Position numbers and translations under genes: made by a program | Source of the DNA: Camelus ferus | Taxonomy: Eukaryota | Direction: 5' to 3' | Assembly: GCF_009834535.1 (NCBI RefSeq) | Contig: NC_045697.1 | Location: 92,630,001-92,694,000 of the forward strand | DNA length: 64,000 bases | Part shown: piece after piece, positions 51,749 to 64,000 of the stretch | How the letters are laid out: each line of letters opens with the position of its first letter | Position numbering within the stretch: the stretch's first letter is position 1 | The notes under the pieces: generated by a model | What the model was told of the DNA's origin: nothing | Seen by the model: only the letters and a program-made list of their open reading frames with translations | The model's database searches: none

Positions 51749-52911
51749 TGTTGGGGAGGAAGTAATTTTCCTCGGCCCTTCTAGGTCCTTCAGACTGGTC
51801 TAAGAATTAAACTGACATGTGACAGATTAACCAGAGAAAATCAAATAAAAGTTTAATAACATGTATACGAAGGAGAGACCCCAGAAAACTAACTCTCCAA
51901 AATGGCCAAGTCCTTCATTTAATACTACCTTCCGCTAAAGACAAATGAGGGTATTGGGGGTAGTGGTTTTGTTAGAGCAGGCAGATAGCTGGATATGAGC
52001 AGAGAAAGAGGGGAATGGGCCAAATGGCAGGAAACCATAAATCTTGTGAACAGCAGGGGTCCTTGGGCAGATAGAGAAAAGCAAGAACCTCCAGATTAAT
52101 AAGAAATAACATATTTTGGGGTGACAAGTGTCCTGGAGGCAAAGAAAGGTAGGAAGAGACAAGAATCTCTGGTGTCTGAATATAACCTTTTGCTCATTAT
52201 GCTCTCATGACAATAAAATTAACCTTGCAGACTAGAAGTACCCATCATGCACTAATGCCATGACACTTCCAATCAAGACTAAATAAGGACAAAAATTCCT
52301 CCTCCCCTCGGCGAGCTGGGGCTGGGGTAGAAATTAGGGAATATAATCCCAAACCCCTCCCTCTCCAATGAATATTCTGCCTATTTATTTTTACACCCTA
52401 TGTAACCAACTTGCCAAGGAAACTCAGGGCAACTGTGCACCTGAGCCTGCCTACTCCCCCCTTGAGAGCGTCTATCACTAAATCTCACTTTATCTTCTTG
52501 ACCTCCGTTTCTCACCTCTGAATTCTTTCTGAGAGGAGATGAGAACCTAATATCTGCGTCATTTTAGGACTACAAAATGGAGGGAGGCAATTCACATGGA
52601 GATGAAATACCAAAAAATGTCTGTTGAATGCATGTTTGCTGGGCCATGCAGAGACAATGGGACAGAGATAGGACTCTGATCTCCTGGCCCTGACAAGTTT
52701 CCCCCACCACACCTAGTCTTTATCTTTTGCAGATATCTCTGGTGAGAGCTCTGTTCCAGGAACAGGGTTTCTATCTAAATTATTTCAGTCAGTTAAAGGG
52801 GAAATAACAAGGACAACGTCCTGTGTCTTCTGTTTTTTACAAAGAATCAGTGTAAATTATTCCTCATGCCAAAGAGACACATTTGGGGGTGGCAATTTTT
52901 TCTCCCCTACA
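51749..52911 (-). mobile_element. ERV1-type solo LTR (same family as 2110-2722), split by a nested LTR
   Basis: TG...CA ends; shares 'ggtctaagaattaaa.tgacatg' and 'gagacacatt...tcccctaca' with the first copy. Confidence 0.8.
51970..52561 (+). mobile_element. Nested ERV1-type solo LTR
   Basis: TGTTAGAG...GCGTCA, flanks GTTT/TTTT; absent from the homologous copy at 2110-2722. Confidence 0.8.
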
Positions 52912-53082
52912 GTGAGAACCATCACACTTTCTTATTTTGTCTCTTCAAATCTTTGCAGTAAATGTTTTTTCCATCTATTCTGTTAAAATAACATTAATAT
53001 TTTTTGTATTATCAGACAGTTGTATAGATAATAGCAATAAACATACCTAGGACTGATTAATTCACAAAACCTAATACTATAT

Positions 53083-53717
53083 TGATGCAGGAAAAATGGA
53101 TGTGGGCATGAGGAAATCCATGTCCCAGGCTTCGTTTGAACCCCTGGGACGTGCCCTGCCAAGTGTGGATCCTTAGCTTTGCACAGGAAAGAATTCAAGA
53201 GCGAGCCACAGTTGAGTACAGGTAGATTTCTTTAGAGAGATACATTGAAAGGCAAGGGAAAGGCTATGAGGTGTGGGGGTTGGGTGCTCAGATTAGAGTA
53301 AAAGTAGGTACACACTCCATACACAGAGTGTGGGGCTGTCTCTGAACGGAGAGAGAGAGAGAGAGACCGTGAGGGGCAGTGTTGCCCATTTTTATGGGCT
53401 TGGTGGCTTCATATGCTATTAAGTGGAAGCACCAGTCTAACTAGCCTGGGGACGGGGCTGGGATTCCCAGGAAGTTGGCCATTTCTACTCTTTCATCTTT
53501 TGTGGCTAGCCTTGGGGCTGCTGTGGCGCCTGTAGGCATGTTATTCACCATGTTAGTATATTACAGTAAGCATATAATGTAGCTCAAGGTCTCCTAGAAG
53601 TTAAATCTCCCATCATCTTGAGCCTCAAGGCCTACTGAGGGCTGAATCTTCTGCAATTTTGATGTTAATTGCTGTGGCAATCCTTGAATGGCTGTGCCCT
53701 GCCCCCTTTCTGTCTCA
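53083..53717 (-). mobile_element. Young ERV1-type solo LTR with perfect 4-bp TSD
   Basis: TGATG...TCTCA flanked by ATAT on both sides; 'aaagaattcaagagcgagcca' is a typical reverse U5 motif. Confidence 0.9.
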
Positions 53718-55669
53718 ATATTTCTCATTATTTTGAGATTGATACTGAGGAAATGTATTTCTGAATGACAGAAAAGAAAAGGTGTTAGAGATATGCATCT
53801 TTTTTTTAGTATCAGTACATTTTTATTTTTATGAGTTCAAGGTGATTTTGTGGTTCTTTTTGATTGTTCAGTTCCTCAGAACCGAATAATGACTGGATAA
53901 CTAACTGGGAAGGTGAGTAAAGCATTTGCCACAGCAAGTCCTTGGACAGAATCTTTTTATTATTTCATTTAGATAAGTAATGAGGAAGTTTATTTTCCTC
54001 CTTTTAAAAAAAAATTAAGTGACAATCTTGGGAGTTGACTTTAAGGTTTAGATATATCTGCATGATCAGAAAAAAACAAACAAAAAATATTTTTTCTTTT
54101 GTTCACAGAATCTCACCTTGTGGCTTCTTCATTTCCTCAGAGCATTTTGTCAACCGGTTTTTATTGTTAATCTCACGTTTGTCTTTTTCCTGTGGTTATT
54201 AAGCACTTGCTTTTTGAGTAAACATTTTCTTAAAGAAATTCACTCAGCTCTATTTAAGGAATTCAGTAAATACATTTTGTACATTAAAAATCCAAATAAA
54301 TATCAACATAACTCTGTAATTGCCAATTCCTAAACAAAATAAAAATTCTACGGTTGAAATGTACTTCAGAAACTGACCAGGAAAAAGGACTAAGAATAAT
54401 TGGGAAAAAAATATTGAAGCCCTGTGCCTGCTGTAAAAGGATAGAAAGTAAACAAATCATTAGGTTGCTTTGCTAGAGAAGTGATATGTAAATCCAGGGA
54501 GAGAGGATTTTTATCACTACAAAGAGACATTGTTCGCATTTCACCTGGAGTTCTTTCTGCAAAACTGTTCGCTGTAGACCAGTAATTACCCTTGAGGGCC
54601 TTTGTTGAGAATTGAATTTTCATTCAATAAGGCTGACACTGGGCCTGGAGGGTGAGGCAGTAAAGCTAGCTGTTTGCAGATTAAATTATGAGGGTAAGAT
54701 AAAGATGCTGGGCTTGTCACTCTGTCAGTTGGATAGGATATTGTTGAGGCATATCAATAGATGATGACACTAACAGCTGTTTAGATCTTCCCCTTTTGAC
54801 TTGTTGAGTTTACTGAATGGACATGAAGATTTAAGAAAATTTTAATTCGTGTTTAGATTTCTTTTGCTGGAAACAAACAATGTGGGTTTATTTATCAACA
54901 GATATAATCTTCAGTAATACAAATATATATATATATTTATATTTTGTGAAAGCATCATTTAATATATAATCCAAATAATTCTTGAAAATATTCAGTATAA
55001 GTATTATATAATCTGAGGGAAGAATAGCTTATTATTTCAATGGCCATATTAATTATGTACAGTCTAATAAAATGAGTAACTCCATATACATAAGTGGATG
55101 TATATATGTGTGTGTATTTTATATATGTATATACATTCTATATATTGTATATACATATTCTTGATAGAAGACATAACCAGTAGAATGAAAAAATTGGATT
55201 TTCTTCTTGCAATTAACATTAAAATTGACATCAGTCATTTGTCCAGAGAGTATGTTATCAAATATAATGTCTGTTATATAAGCAGATATCTAATAGACTA
55301 CATTAGATAATCACTGAAGTGATCACTTTTAGGCTGGTCAGAAAATTCATAGCTGGGTGGTTATTCTTTGGTATGAGTTGAGTAACAGAGAACTTTTAAA
55401 CTCTGTACAAAAGTTGTATCATATGGCCCTTCCAGTTAAATCATTTTATGGGCTGCTCAAAGAAGTGACACAATTTGTGGGCCTGCTCAGATATATAAAC
55501 CTAACAGAGCAGGTTAAGGTTTCAATGTGATATATTTTAATGCACACGTTAAGGTAACTAGACTGTAAAATGAATGTTTTTCCTATAAATGTCTTGTGGG
55601 AAAGAATGAAATAAATATGAGCTATGTATGTTCAAAATTTTATGTCTCTTGAAGAAATAGTGAACACAA

Positions 55670-56796
55670 TCAGAAGAGATCTTCCACCACTGTTATCTCC
55701 CTACCTGCTTGCAGGTGCCCACTCATTATGAGTGAACTCCAGGGACTCCTGTGAATTCCAGCCCCATCCTCAGCACACTAGAGCCCATCTCCTCTACACA
55801 GATGGAAGCCCTCACTCTGCTAATTTTCCTCTCCTCTTCTGTGCAATCAGGTTGTTCTCTTGACTGAGGCATTTGATCTGCTTACCTGTGGCCTGTATTT
55901 CTTCTTTATGATAAACAAACCAAAACAAACACACCAAGCAACACCATCACAACAAAACACACTTCTCTTAACCACTGTACATTTTTCTTCCAGCTTGTGC
56001 CCATTTTTGTTTTTTTGCTTCTTTTTAGAGCAGAACCTCTGAGAATATTCATTTTACTCACTGCCTCCTCTTCCAGTCTTTGAAACTCACTTGTATCTGA
56101 TTCTTTCCAGAGAACAATGCTCTGATTTGAAATATTTTCTGATTTTTCCTGTTATAAATATGTTCCCCTGCCAGGGCCGAATTCAAGCTATGAGAACCGT
56201 TTTCAAGCTATCTAGCATAGTGATTGGAAGGGATGTATCCTGTTTTTCCTGTTCGTTTGAATTTTTTGAGAAACAGTTCCAGCATACCAGTCTTTACCAC
56301 TGATCACCTGGCTGAAAATGCTCTTTTCAATCCACTCCAGTGGGGCTTTAAACTACACCCTGTACCAAAACAACTCTGTTAAAATGACTAACTTCTCAAG
56401 CTGATTAATCCAGAATTTCCTTTACTAGACCTTCTTATTCTAACAGCAGTGTTTTACACAATTGAATACACCTTAGTTTTTTAAAATACTTTTTTCAGTT
56501 TGCCTCCAGGACTCTACACTTCCCTCTTCATCTCCCTACCTCGTGGAGTATCTTTTCTCTGTCTTCTTTTCTGGACTTTTTTTTTTTTTTTTTTGGAGAG
56601 GCAACCTTTTAACAATGGAGTGTCTCCCTCCTAGGATCTGATGTCTTCTCAAAGCTGTTTGTGTTCACTCCTTTAGTGATCTCAGCCTGTCTCCGGGTTT
56701 TATATACCGTTTATAGAACGACAATACTCCAGTATATACATCTAGCTTGGAACATTTCTTTGATTCCAAATTCATATACAATTGCTTAGTAGACAG
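55670..56796 (+). mobile_element. L2 ORF2-region remnant, interrupted at about 56093-56320
   Basis: 'ccactccagtggggcttt', 'cagcagtgttttacaca', 'tggagtgtctcc' and 'tatacatctagc' occur in L2 order. Confidence 0.65.
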
Positions 56797-57045
56797 TTGT
56801 TGGGAAAATATATTAAAAACAGAAGCCCCTGCCTTCCCCACAGAGGGTAGTTTTGAAACTTGGAGAAGGAGCCCTTTGAATTTAGGCTTCTACCCTCCTG
56901 CAGAAACTAAGAGACAGAGTATATCTTCCTTGATGATAATATTTCAGAGGGATGGTTCCCAGGTCCTTAAGAAAGACAGTCTTGTGTCCTGAAGCTAATA
57001 AGAGGCTTATCTAGCTTTTAAAAAGATTGACATATGTCCTAAAGT
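56797..57045 (-). mobile_element. Partial ERV1-class LTR
   Basis: 'cagagggatggttcccaggtccttaagaaagac' is homologous to 37975-38005. Confidence 0.6.
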
Positions 57046-57451
57046 TAATCAAATAGCATTAGATCTGTCTTTTTTAGTCTCCACTTATAAGTGCCAGATT
57101 TCTGTTTATATGTTAATTAAATGCTTTTCTTTTCTGCAGCATCCTTCCAACCAAATCAATCAATAAAACATTTTTGTATTGAATTTAGGACTTGAGTACT
57201 TGGATGCATGTTAGTTACTTTTACTGTTATCAAAAATGACTAATCAAGACTGTCCAACTTTTACTCTATCAATAATCAGATTGTTCGACTTATAAATCCA
57301 AATCCTGTTTGTGCTGTGAGTACAATTTATAGCTGATCAGAAATAGACTGTGGAGTCATTACTGGGAGTACACAAACAAAAAGTAATGTAACAAATAACA
57401 TGTTTGTTTTCTAGTAAGATGTGATTCTTAAAGTAATTGAAATAAACCTAC

Positions 57452-58334
57452 TGTGAATATGGCAGCAAGGTAGTCTATGAGAATTTTAGTAAGTTTGCTA
57501 GAATATACCTTCTTTTAGTTCAGTACTGATATCAGTTATTATAGAAAACCTTAAATTTCTAAGTCCTTTGTAAGACCAGTCCAGTCTTACAAAGGAGGAG
57601 CTGGCTTGCCACAGGGAGCACAAATCCAACTGAATTTGTTTTGGTTTGTGTTTTATCTTGGGCTAATCAGCCGCACCTTTTTAAAAGTTAAAAAAAAAAA
57701 AAAAGCCATATGTGTCATTATCAGCACTTGAAAGGGTCTCTCCCTTTGTGGTTACAGCCCATCTTGTCTTTTTGTGGGACACTTTTGTGTAGTCAAACCT
57801 GTTTGATAACTGTAGCCGGATTCTTTGCCTGTGTCCTTCCAGGTCCTTATGACTTTATGTCTCAGGGTTTCTAGGGAAGAAAAAAGCCTTTTTCTAATAC
57901 TGAAAGCATGGTTATGAGAGGATTCAGATAAATTAAACAAAGGATGTTGTCTAAGACCCAAATTCAAAGGTCTGCCACATATAAATTTAAAGGGAGAGAT
58001 TCAGTGTTTGCTCACAGGTATCACTCCAGTTTTTTTGAACAAGGCTAGTGGTAAAGATCTAGGCCATCTCAACATACTACAATTACTTCATACTCCTTAG
58101 CCTATCCTGCTTCTCCATGACTGCCTACTCTTCATCAAACCTAAAATAAAACACTCAGGTCTAACGGTTTCTTTGGGTCTTCATTTACTTATGAAGGCTC
58201 CCATGTCACATAAAACTTAAACTTATGCTAAATAATTTGTATGCTTTTCTCCTGTTACTCTCTTTGTCAATTTGACTTTCATACCCAGCCAAGGGTCCAG
58301 AAGAGGGTCAAGGAAAACTTTCTCCTCACCTACA
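57452..58334 (+). mobile_element. ERV1-class (MER34/39-like) LTR; 5' boundary uncertain
   Basis: 3' part 'ttctttgggtcttcattt...tgaaggctcccatgtcacataaaac...tatgcttttctcctgtta...cctaca'. Confidence 0.65.
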
Positions 58335-59599
58335 ATAAGCAAACACAAACAGGAATTTAGACTTGTCTGCTAGAGGAACAGAAATAAAGAAATTGCAGGG
58401 CATTCATAGATCAATTACAGAGTAAAGCTTTACAAAAAATGGTTCCAAAGTCAGAAATCAGAACAATTACAGAGTTAGAAACAACAGGAATAATGTTGGT
58501 ATAATATAATAATATAATATAATATTGTTGATATAATATAACAATAATAATGATATAATAAGGAATAATAATCACTAACATTTTTGTACAAAAGTATATA
58601 GTGGTCAATTATCTTTATCAAATTTACCTTCATTTTTACTGGAAATACGGTGTATTGCAGGATCTAAATTGTCTCTAAGCTTGTTATATAATAATAAATA
58701 TAGTAATATTAATAGTAATGTTGTTTTCATAAACTGCCTTGAGGTCCATATAAACCTACATTTATTCTTTCTGTATATTAAGTTAATACATATTTTTGTA
58801 TGCTGAAAATGTGACAGTTATTTGGCTATGCTTAATTAAAATAAAATAATTTTAAATTAGCTATTTTATTTAGATTAAGACATATTTTTTTTAATTAAAA
58901 AGCCAAATTTAGTAGAGTGGAGAATTCCATACAATATAATCTATATTATAAGAATCATCAAACCTTGAACCCGAAGAGCAAAATATCTATACTCCCAAGT
59001 ACATGATGTGGAATAAAATAAAATGAATGCAACCCCATAGAAAAGCACATTACCCTCAGAACTTGGGCTTTTATTACCTTTTAAACATCTTTTCATTGTA
59101 CAATTGGAATATCAGAAAAGAAAAAAAAAACTGAAGAAAAGTAAATGCCAAGTAGAATCACTAAACTGAACGCTGCCTCAGCAAATTAAACTTTGTCTAG
59201 TAGCACAGCAACTTTCTATTCATTTATCATTTCATACTAATTTTACAAATTAAGCTGGGGTACTACAGAATATGGATTATCTCAATTACAGAAATATGAT
59301 TTCCATTATCATTCCATTATTATTCCATTCTACTTATATCTATGTTAATAAGTCTCAAGAATAGCTTTGACTCATAATTCACGCCTAGAAATTTCTCCAC
59401 CATGAGCTCACTTAAGCATGGTTATCCAGGATTCACATTCATCATTATATTTAAATATGATTTCCAAGACTTAAATTCTTATTGCCCTGCAATGAGAGGT
59501 TAGACATTAAAAATAAGAATAAAATGAGTAAATGTAAGGCATGTAACCATAAACTTTTAATATCCCCCAATGCTCCAGGGAGGCACTTGGAAGAAGTGT

Positions 59600-59790
59600 T
59601 TAAGTGTAAGGAATTTGGACTCAAAACCCTCCTCCACTAATACATTGCTATGCCAGTTATTAGCCATGTAAACTTTCCAAACCTCATTTACCTTGTGTAT
59701 ACTTTGGGAACTATAGTAGAATTTACTTTATAGGGTTATTTTAAGGAGTATATAATAAAACTTATGTAAAATACTTAGCAGAGTTTTATT
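59600..59790 (+). mobile_element. MIR fragment
   Basis: 'aaactttccaaacctcattt...atagggttattttaaggagtatataataaaacttatgtaaaatacttagca'. Confidence 0.5.
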
Positions 59791-61559
59791 TTCATACTGT
59801 ATGTTTAGCAAAGACTATGAGAAACCCAAAAGAATAAATTATATATTTCTAGAGCCTGATGATTATTTTTAAAGCCAGTATACATTTCCCAGCATCATAA
59901 GCAGAAAATGTCAGTCATTTTTGTATCTTTCTATAGCCTCCACTACCAGATAAAATAAGTTTTTATTCTTATATAGATTATTCTCATTATGTCACAAACC
60001 ATCAGACAATACCAGTTGTCAACAACATTGCGGATGAATTTCTCAGTCTAGCCCACAAGTCACCAAGCTAACACTTAGCTTCTTCTGATCTCTCTCTAAT
60101 TTGTATGGCCTGCCATTCATACTGGAATATGAACTGTTGCCAAAACATGCAAAATGCTCGTCTAAGCTTTTGCCTTTCAACGTGTTGTTTCATTTCTCTA
60201 AAATTCATTATCTTTCCTATTTACCTATGTGAATTATTATTCCTCCCCACAAAATCCTTGCTGATATTCCCACCAACACTCAGAATCTATTAAAAATCTT
60301 ATCTGTTACATTCTGTTTGCAAGTCTCATATGGCTGTCCCTTGCATCATAGTCATTTGTTTTTATTTGATTCCAAAAAATTGGATTATAGTTTCCCTGAA
60401 TAGAAGTCCCACATCTTACTAATATTTTCCTGTTCTGCATTGCAAATCAGGAAGATGTAGAGACCGCAGTTAATTGGAAATATTTTCTAATTTGAACACA
60501 GAACATGCACTCTTCTCTTAAATACACTGAAACAAATTAAATAAGGAGACACAAAATTTAGAAACTCATTTGCACTCCTCCAGGATAAGTTTTATTTGTA
60601 TGTTAATATAGTATGAAGTTAGAGAAAAACAATTTAGTTAAATGTTGAAAGAAAAGAAATGCTAAAGCTCAAAAACAAGTTAAAATCTTCATGGGCTAGA
60701 AACGCAATCTCAGGCTATATCCCTGAGACATCTAAGTATGGCATTAGGTATAGATGACTCGGAGCTTGCTCTTCTAAGTGATATGAAACACAAACCTCCA
60801 AACACAAATTTGTGTATAAGAATTAGTCTCACTACTTCATTCTCAGAAAACAGGCTGGAGAAGTTTCAATAACTACTACCTGAGGCTGTGTCTTATGCTA
60901 ATATGTGGCTAAGGACATGGGATCCAACAGACAGAGCCTTGGAATCTGTGTCTGAGGGACTGAGCTGAAATATCACTGCTCACTACTTCATCTGGAATAT
61001 AATCATTGTCATTATGTGGCAGAGGCCCTAACCAATTAGATGAGCCTGGGTTTAGAGTGGGGATTCCCAGGGGAATGTTGGAGACAAGCAAAATAAGCAG
61101 CAGCTGAACAAGGTGAGTGAGAGAAGAGGTGGTGAGTGAGACAGCACACAAAATGAACTTGGAGACCCACAATGCAAAATGAAATATAACCCTAAGAAAG
61201 ACAGTCAGCCAAATTAACAACTAAAACATGAAATCCTTCTGGATGAAATTAAAGAACACAATAAACTAAACTTTGTGAAAAAGCATATTAATAAATTCCA
61301 AATAGGTAAACCAAGAAATAACTTCTAATTGGTTTATTTAAGGTGTTAATAAACATATAAGATAGTTATTATATTTTAAAAAATAAAATACAATATTGAA
61401 ATTTTAGCAGATATTGACATGAGAAGATATTCACTAAGTATTCTGACTGACTGTACTCTGTGTAAAATATAAGCATGAGAGGAAAACTTTATAAATCATT
61501 ATTAATGAAGTAAGAGGGAAGAGGCAGAAAGGGAGAAAAAGGAAAGAGATGTTAAGTAA

Positions 61560-62080
61560 AATTATAAAAAATTTAAAAATAGAAATAATTTGTAATATAT
61601 AATAATCATAATAAATATAAATTGATTTAATGTAAGCTCTGATTAGAGTAAAAGGATTATTAGTTGGTTTTTAAAATCCCTCCACATACTTTTTTACGTG
61701 GAAGGAGTAAGGCAATAGAACAAACATAGAAACATACACATGCAGACAGGTGGAAAATAAAGGGATCACAAGAGTAGACCAGGCAAACAATAACTGAAAG
61801 AAACACGTGCACACACTCACACACACACACTAACAAAAATCCATTATAAAGGATAAAAAAAGGATATTGGATAGCAAATGCAGAAAACACAAAGAAGACA
61901 CAATTATGATAAAAACTTACGAACCTAACCATATAACATAACATACAGTACAAAATCTGACAGCATTAAAGGAGAATACAATACCACAGTCAGAGTGGGT
62001 GGCCTAAATATACCTACATAAAAACTAATAAATCAAGCAAACCAAGTTATTAGAAAAGGATGGAAAGATTTGAACCACTG
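61560..62080 (+). mobile_element. Old L1M fragment (ORF2 5' region)
   Basis: 'ataaaaaaggatattggatag', 'ataccacagtcagagtgggtggcctaaatatacc', 'aggatggaaagatttgaacc' resemble the EN region. Confidence 0.5.
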
Positions 62081-62112
62081 AATTAGTCCAGTAGGTAGGT
62101 CTTAATAAGAAG

Positions 62113-63451
62113 GTGATTTGTAGTTCTCTGATAATTAACGATATTGAGCATTTTCATGTGCCTATTGATAATCTGTATGTCTTCATTGGAAAAATATCTA
62201 TTTACGTCTTCTGCCCATTTTTTGATTGGGTTGTTTGTTTTTCGGATATTGAGATATATAAGCTGTTTGTGTATTTTGGAAACTAATTTCTTATTGGTCA
62301 CATCGTTTGCAAATATTCTCTCCCATTCTGTAGCTTGTCTTTTTGTTTTGTTTATGGTTTCCTTTGTTGTGCAAAAGCTTGTAAGTTTAATTAGGTCCCA
62401 TTTGTTAATTTTTGCTTTTATTTCTGTTGCCTGGGTAGACGGCCCTAGGAGAACATTCGCCTATGTTCTCTTCTAGGAGGTTTAGAGATATATGGTGTCC
62501 TGTCTTATGTTTAAGTCTTAAATCCATTTGGAGTTTATTTTTGTATATGGTGTGAGGGAGTGGCTGTCCAATTTTCCCAACACCGCTTGCCTAAGAGACT
62601 GTCTTTTCTCCATTGTGTATTCCTCCCTCCATTGTTGAAGATTGATTGACCATAGGTGTGTGAGTTTATTTCTGGGCTTTCTATTCTGTCCCATTGATCC
62701 ATGTCTGTTTTTATGCCAATACCATGTGGTTTTAATTACTGTAGCTTTGTAGTATTGTCTGAATATTGGCCTCCATATGCCTCCAGCTTCATTTTTTTTT
62801 TTTTTTCCAGTATCGCTTTGACAATTCTAGGTCTTTTTGTGACTCTGTATAAATTTTGGGATTATTTGTCCTATTCCTGGGGAAAATGTCCTGGGTAATT
62901 TGATAGGGATTGCACTAAATTTGTAGATTGCTTTGGGTAATGTGGCTATTTTAACAGTATTAATTCTTTCAATCCAAGAACATGGGGTATTTTTCCATTT
63001 CTTTGAAATGTAACTCAAAGCTACAATGAGGTATCACCTCTCATTGGCCATCATAAAAAGTCCATGAATGCTGGAGAGGGTGTGGAGAAAAGGGAACCCT
63101 CCTACACTGTTGGTAGGAATGTAATTTGGTGCAGCCATTAAGGACAAGTATGGAGGTTCCTTAAAAAACTATAAATAGACTTACCCTATGATCCAACAAT
63201 CCTACTCCTGGGCTTATATCTGGAGAATACTTTAATTTGAAAAGATACAAGGACCCCAATGCTCACAGCAACACTATTTACAATAACCAAGACTTTGAAG
63301 CAGCCTAAATGTCCATTGACAAATGGTTGGATAAAGAAGATGTGGTGTGTATATTATATATAAATATATAATGGAATACTACTCAGCTATAAAAAAGAAT
63401 GAAATAATGCCATTTACAGCAACCTGGATGGACCTAGAGATTATCATACTA
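62113..63451. mobile_element. L1 ORF2 fragment with inversion: minus 62113-63015, plus 63016-63451
   Basis: ORF track gives ORF2 peptides on both strands; the two pieces are adjacent in L1 coordinates. Confidence 0.9.
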
Positions 63452-63469
63452 GTAATAAAAGGCGTGAAG

Positions 63470-63553
63470 GGCCAAAGAAAAAAATGTTGTTTAGAGTCAC
63501 TGACTTACGATAGTTTGTTATGCAGCATTATTGTGGCAAGTTGTAGCTGACAC
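63470..63553 (+). mobile_element. MLT1 LTR 3' terminus
   Basis: 'tgttgtttagagtcactga...tttgttatgcagcattattgtggcaag...agctgacac'. Confidence 0.6.
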
Positions 63554-64000
63554 TTTTGGAGTACCAATAAGCTAACAACTGGGATTCAACTGTATGGCAG
63601 TCATTGAATATGAAGTCTGCAAAATATTTTTTTTCTCTCTCTTTTTCTCCCTTTTTCAGAGAAATCATTTGCCCCTCCACAATGGAAAAGGTGCAGTGTA
63701 CATTTTTTCCCTAGATGGTGCTCTGGATCTTCTGTAAAATTATACCTTATTTATCTGGTGTGTTCATTGTTCCTAGAGAATAAGGGTTTTTATCCCTTGA
63801 CCTCTGGTGCCAAAGTCAGTGCAGGTAAGAGTGCTGCTTCTTCCTCCATGTACTACCAGACATCTGGCAAATGCCTCTCTTTCTGCCCTGTGCAGTCCTA
63901 TATAGCTCTGCCTCTTTGCAGATTACCCGGCAGTGGAAAGCAGCTCCATGTTGGTAGGCAAGGCTTTGCATTCATTTTTACATTTGACTACCCACTTTCT

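Noticed and set aside
2110..52911. Two same-family LTRs as the ends of one provirus
   Set aside because: About 50 kb apart, diverged, different flanks, no matching internal region.
1..64000. CRISPR arrays, operons, tRNA or rRNA genes
   Set aside because: Mammalian repeat-rich DNA; no repeat-spacer arrays or structural RNA signatures seen.

Overview
AT-rich mammalian nuclear DNA (intergenic or deep intronic) dominated by transposable elements: young and old LINE-1, L2, MIR, MaLR/ERVL/ERV1 LTRs, an ERVL provirus remnant, a hAT MITE and microsatellites. The L1 3' ends look cetartiodactyl, and I saw no Alu, Bov-A/CHR or PRE1 SINEs, so a camelid genome is my tentative inference. I found no intact protein-coding gene or structural RNA gene; every recognisable ORF is a broken L1 ORF1/ORF2 piece. 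I did not find a convincing new biological system. The best leads are: (1) a TSD-flanked L1 with an intact 5' promoter but no ORF1, (2) the scrambled multi-piece L1 it landed in, (3) three L1 inversion structures, (4) a short GC-rich orphan retro-insert, (5) an unexplained insert in an L2, (6) a 34-bp palindrome in unique DNA and (7) a few splice-site-bounded candidate exons. Repeat family names come from my recall of consensus sequences, not from a search, and boundaries are approximate unless stated.
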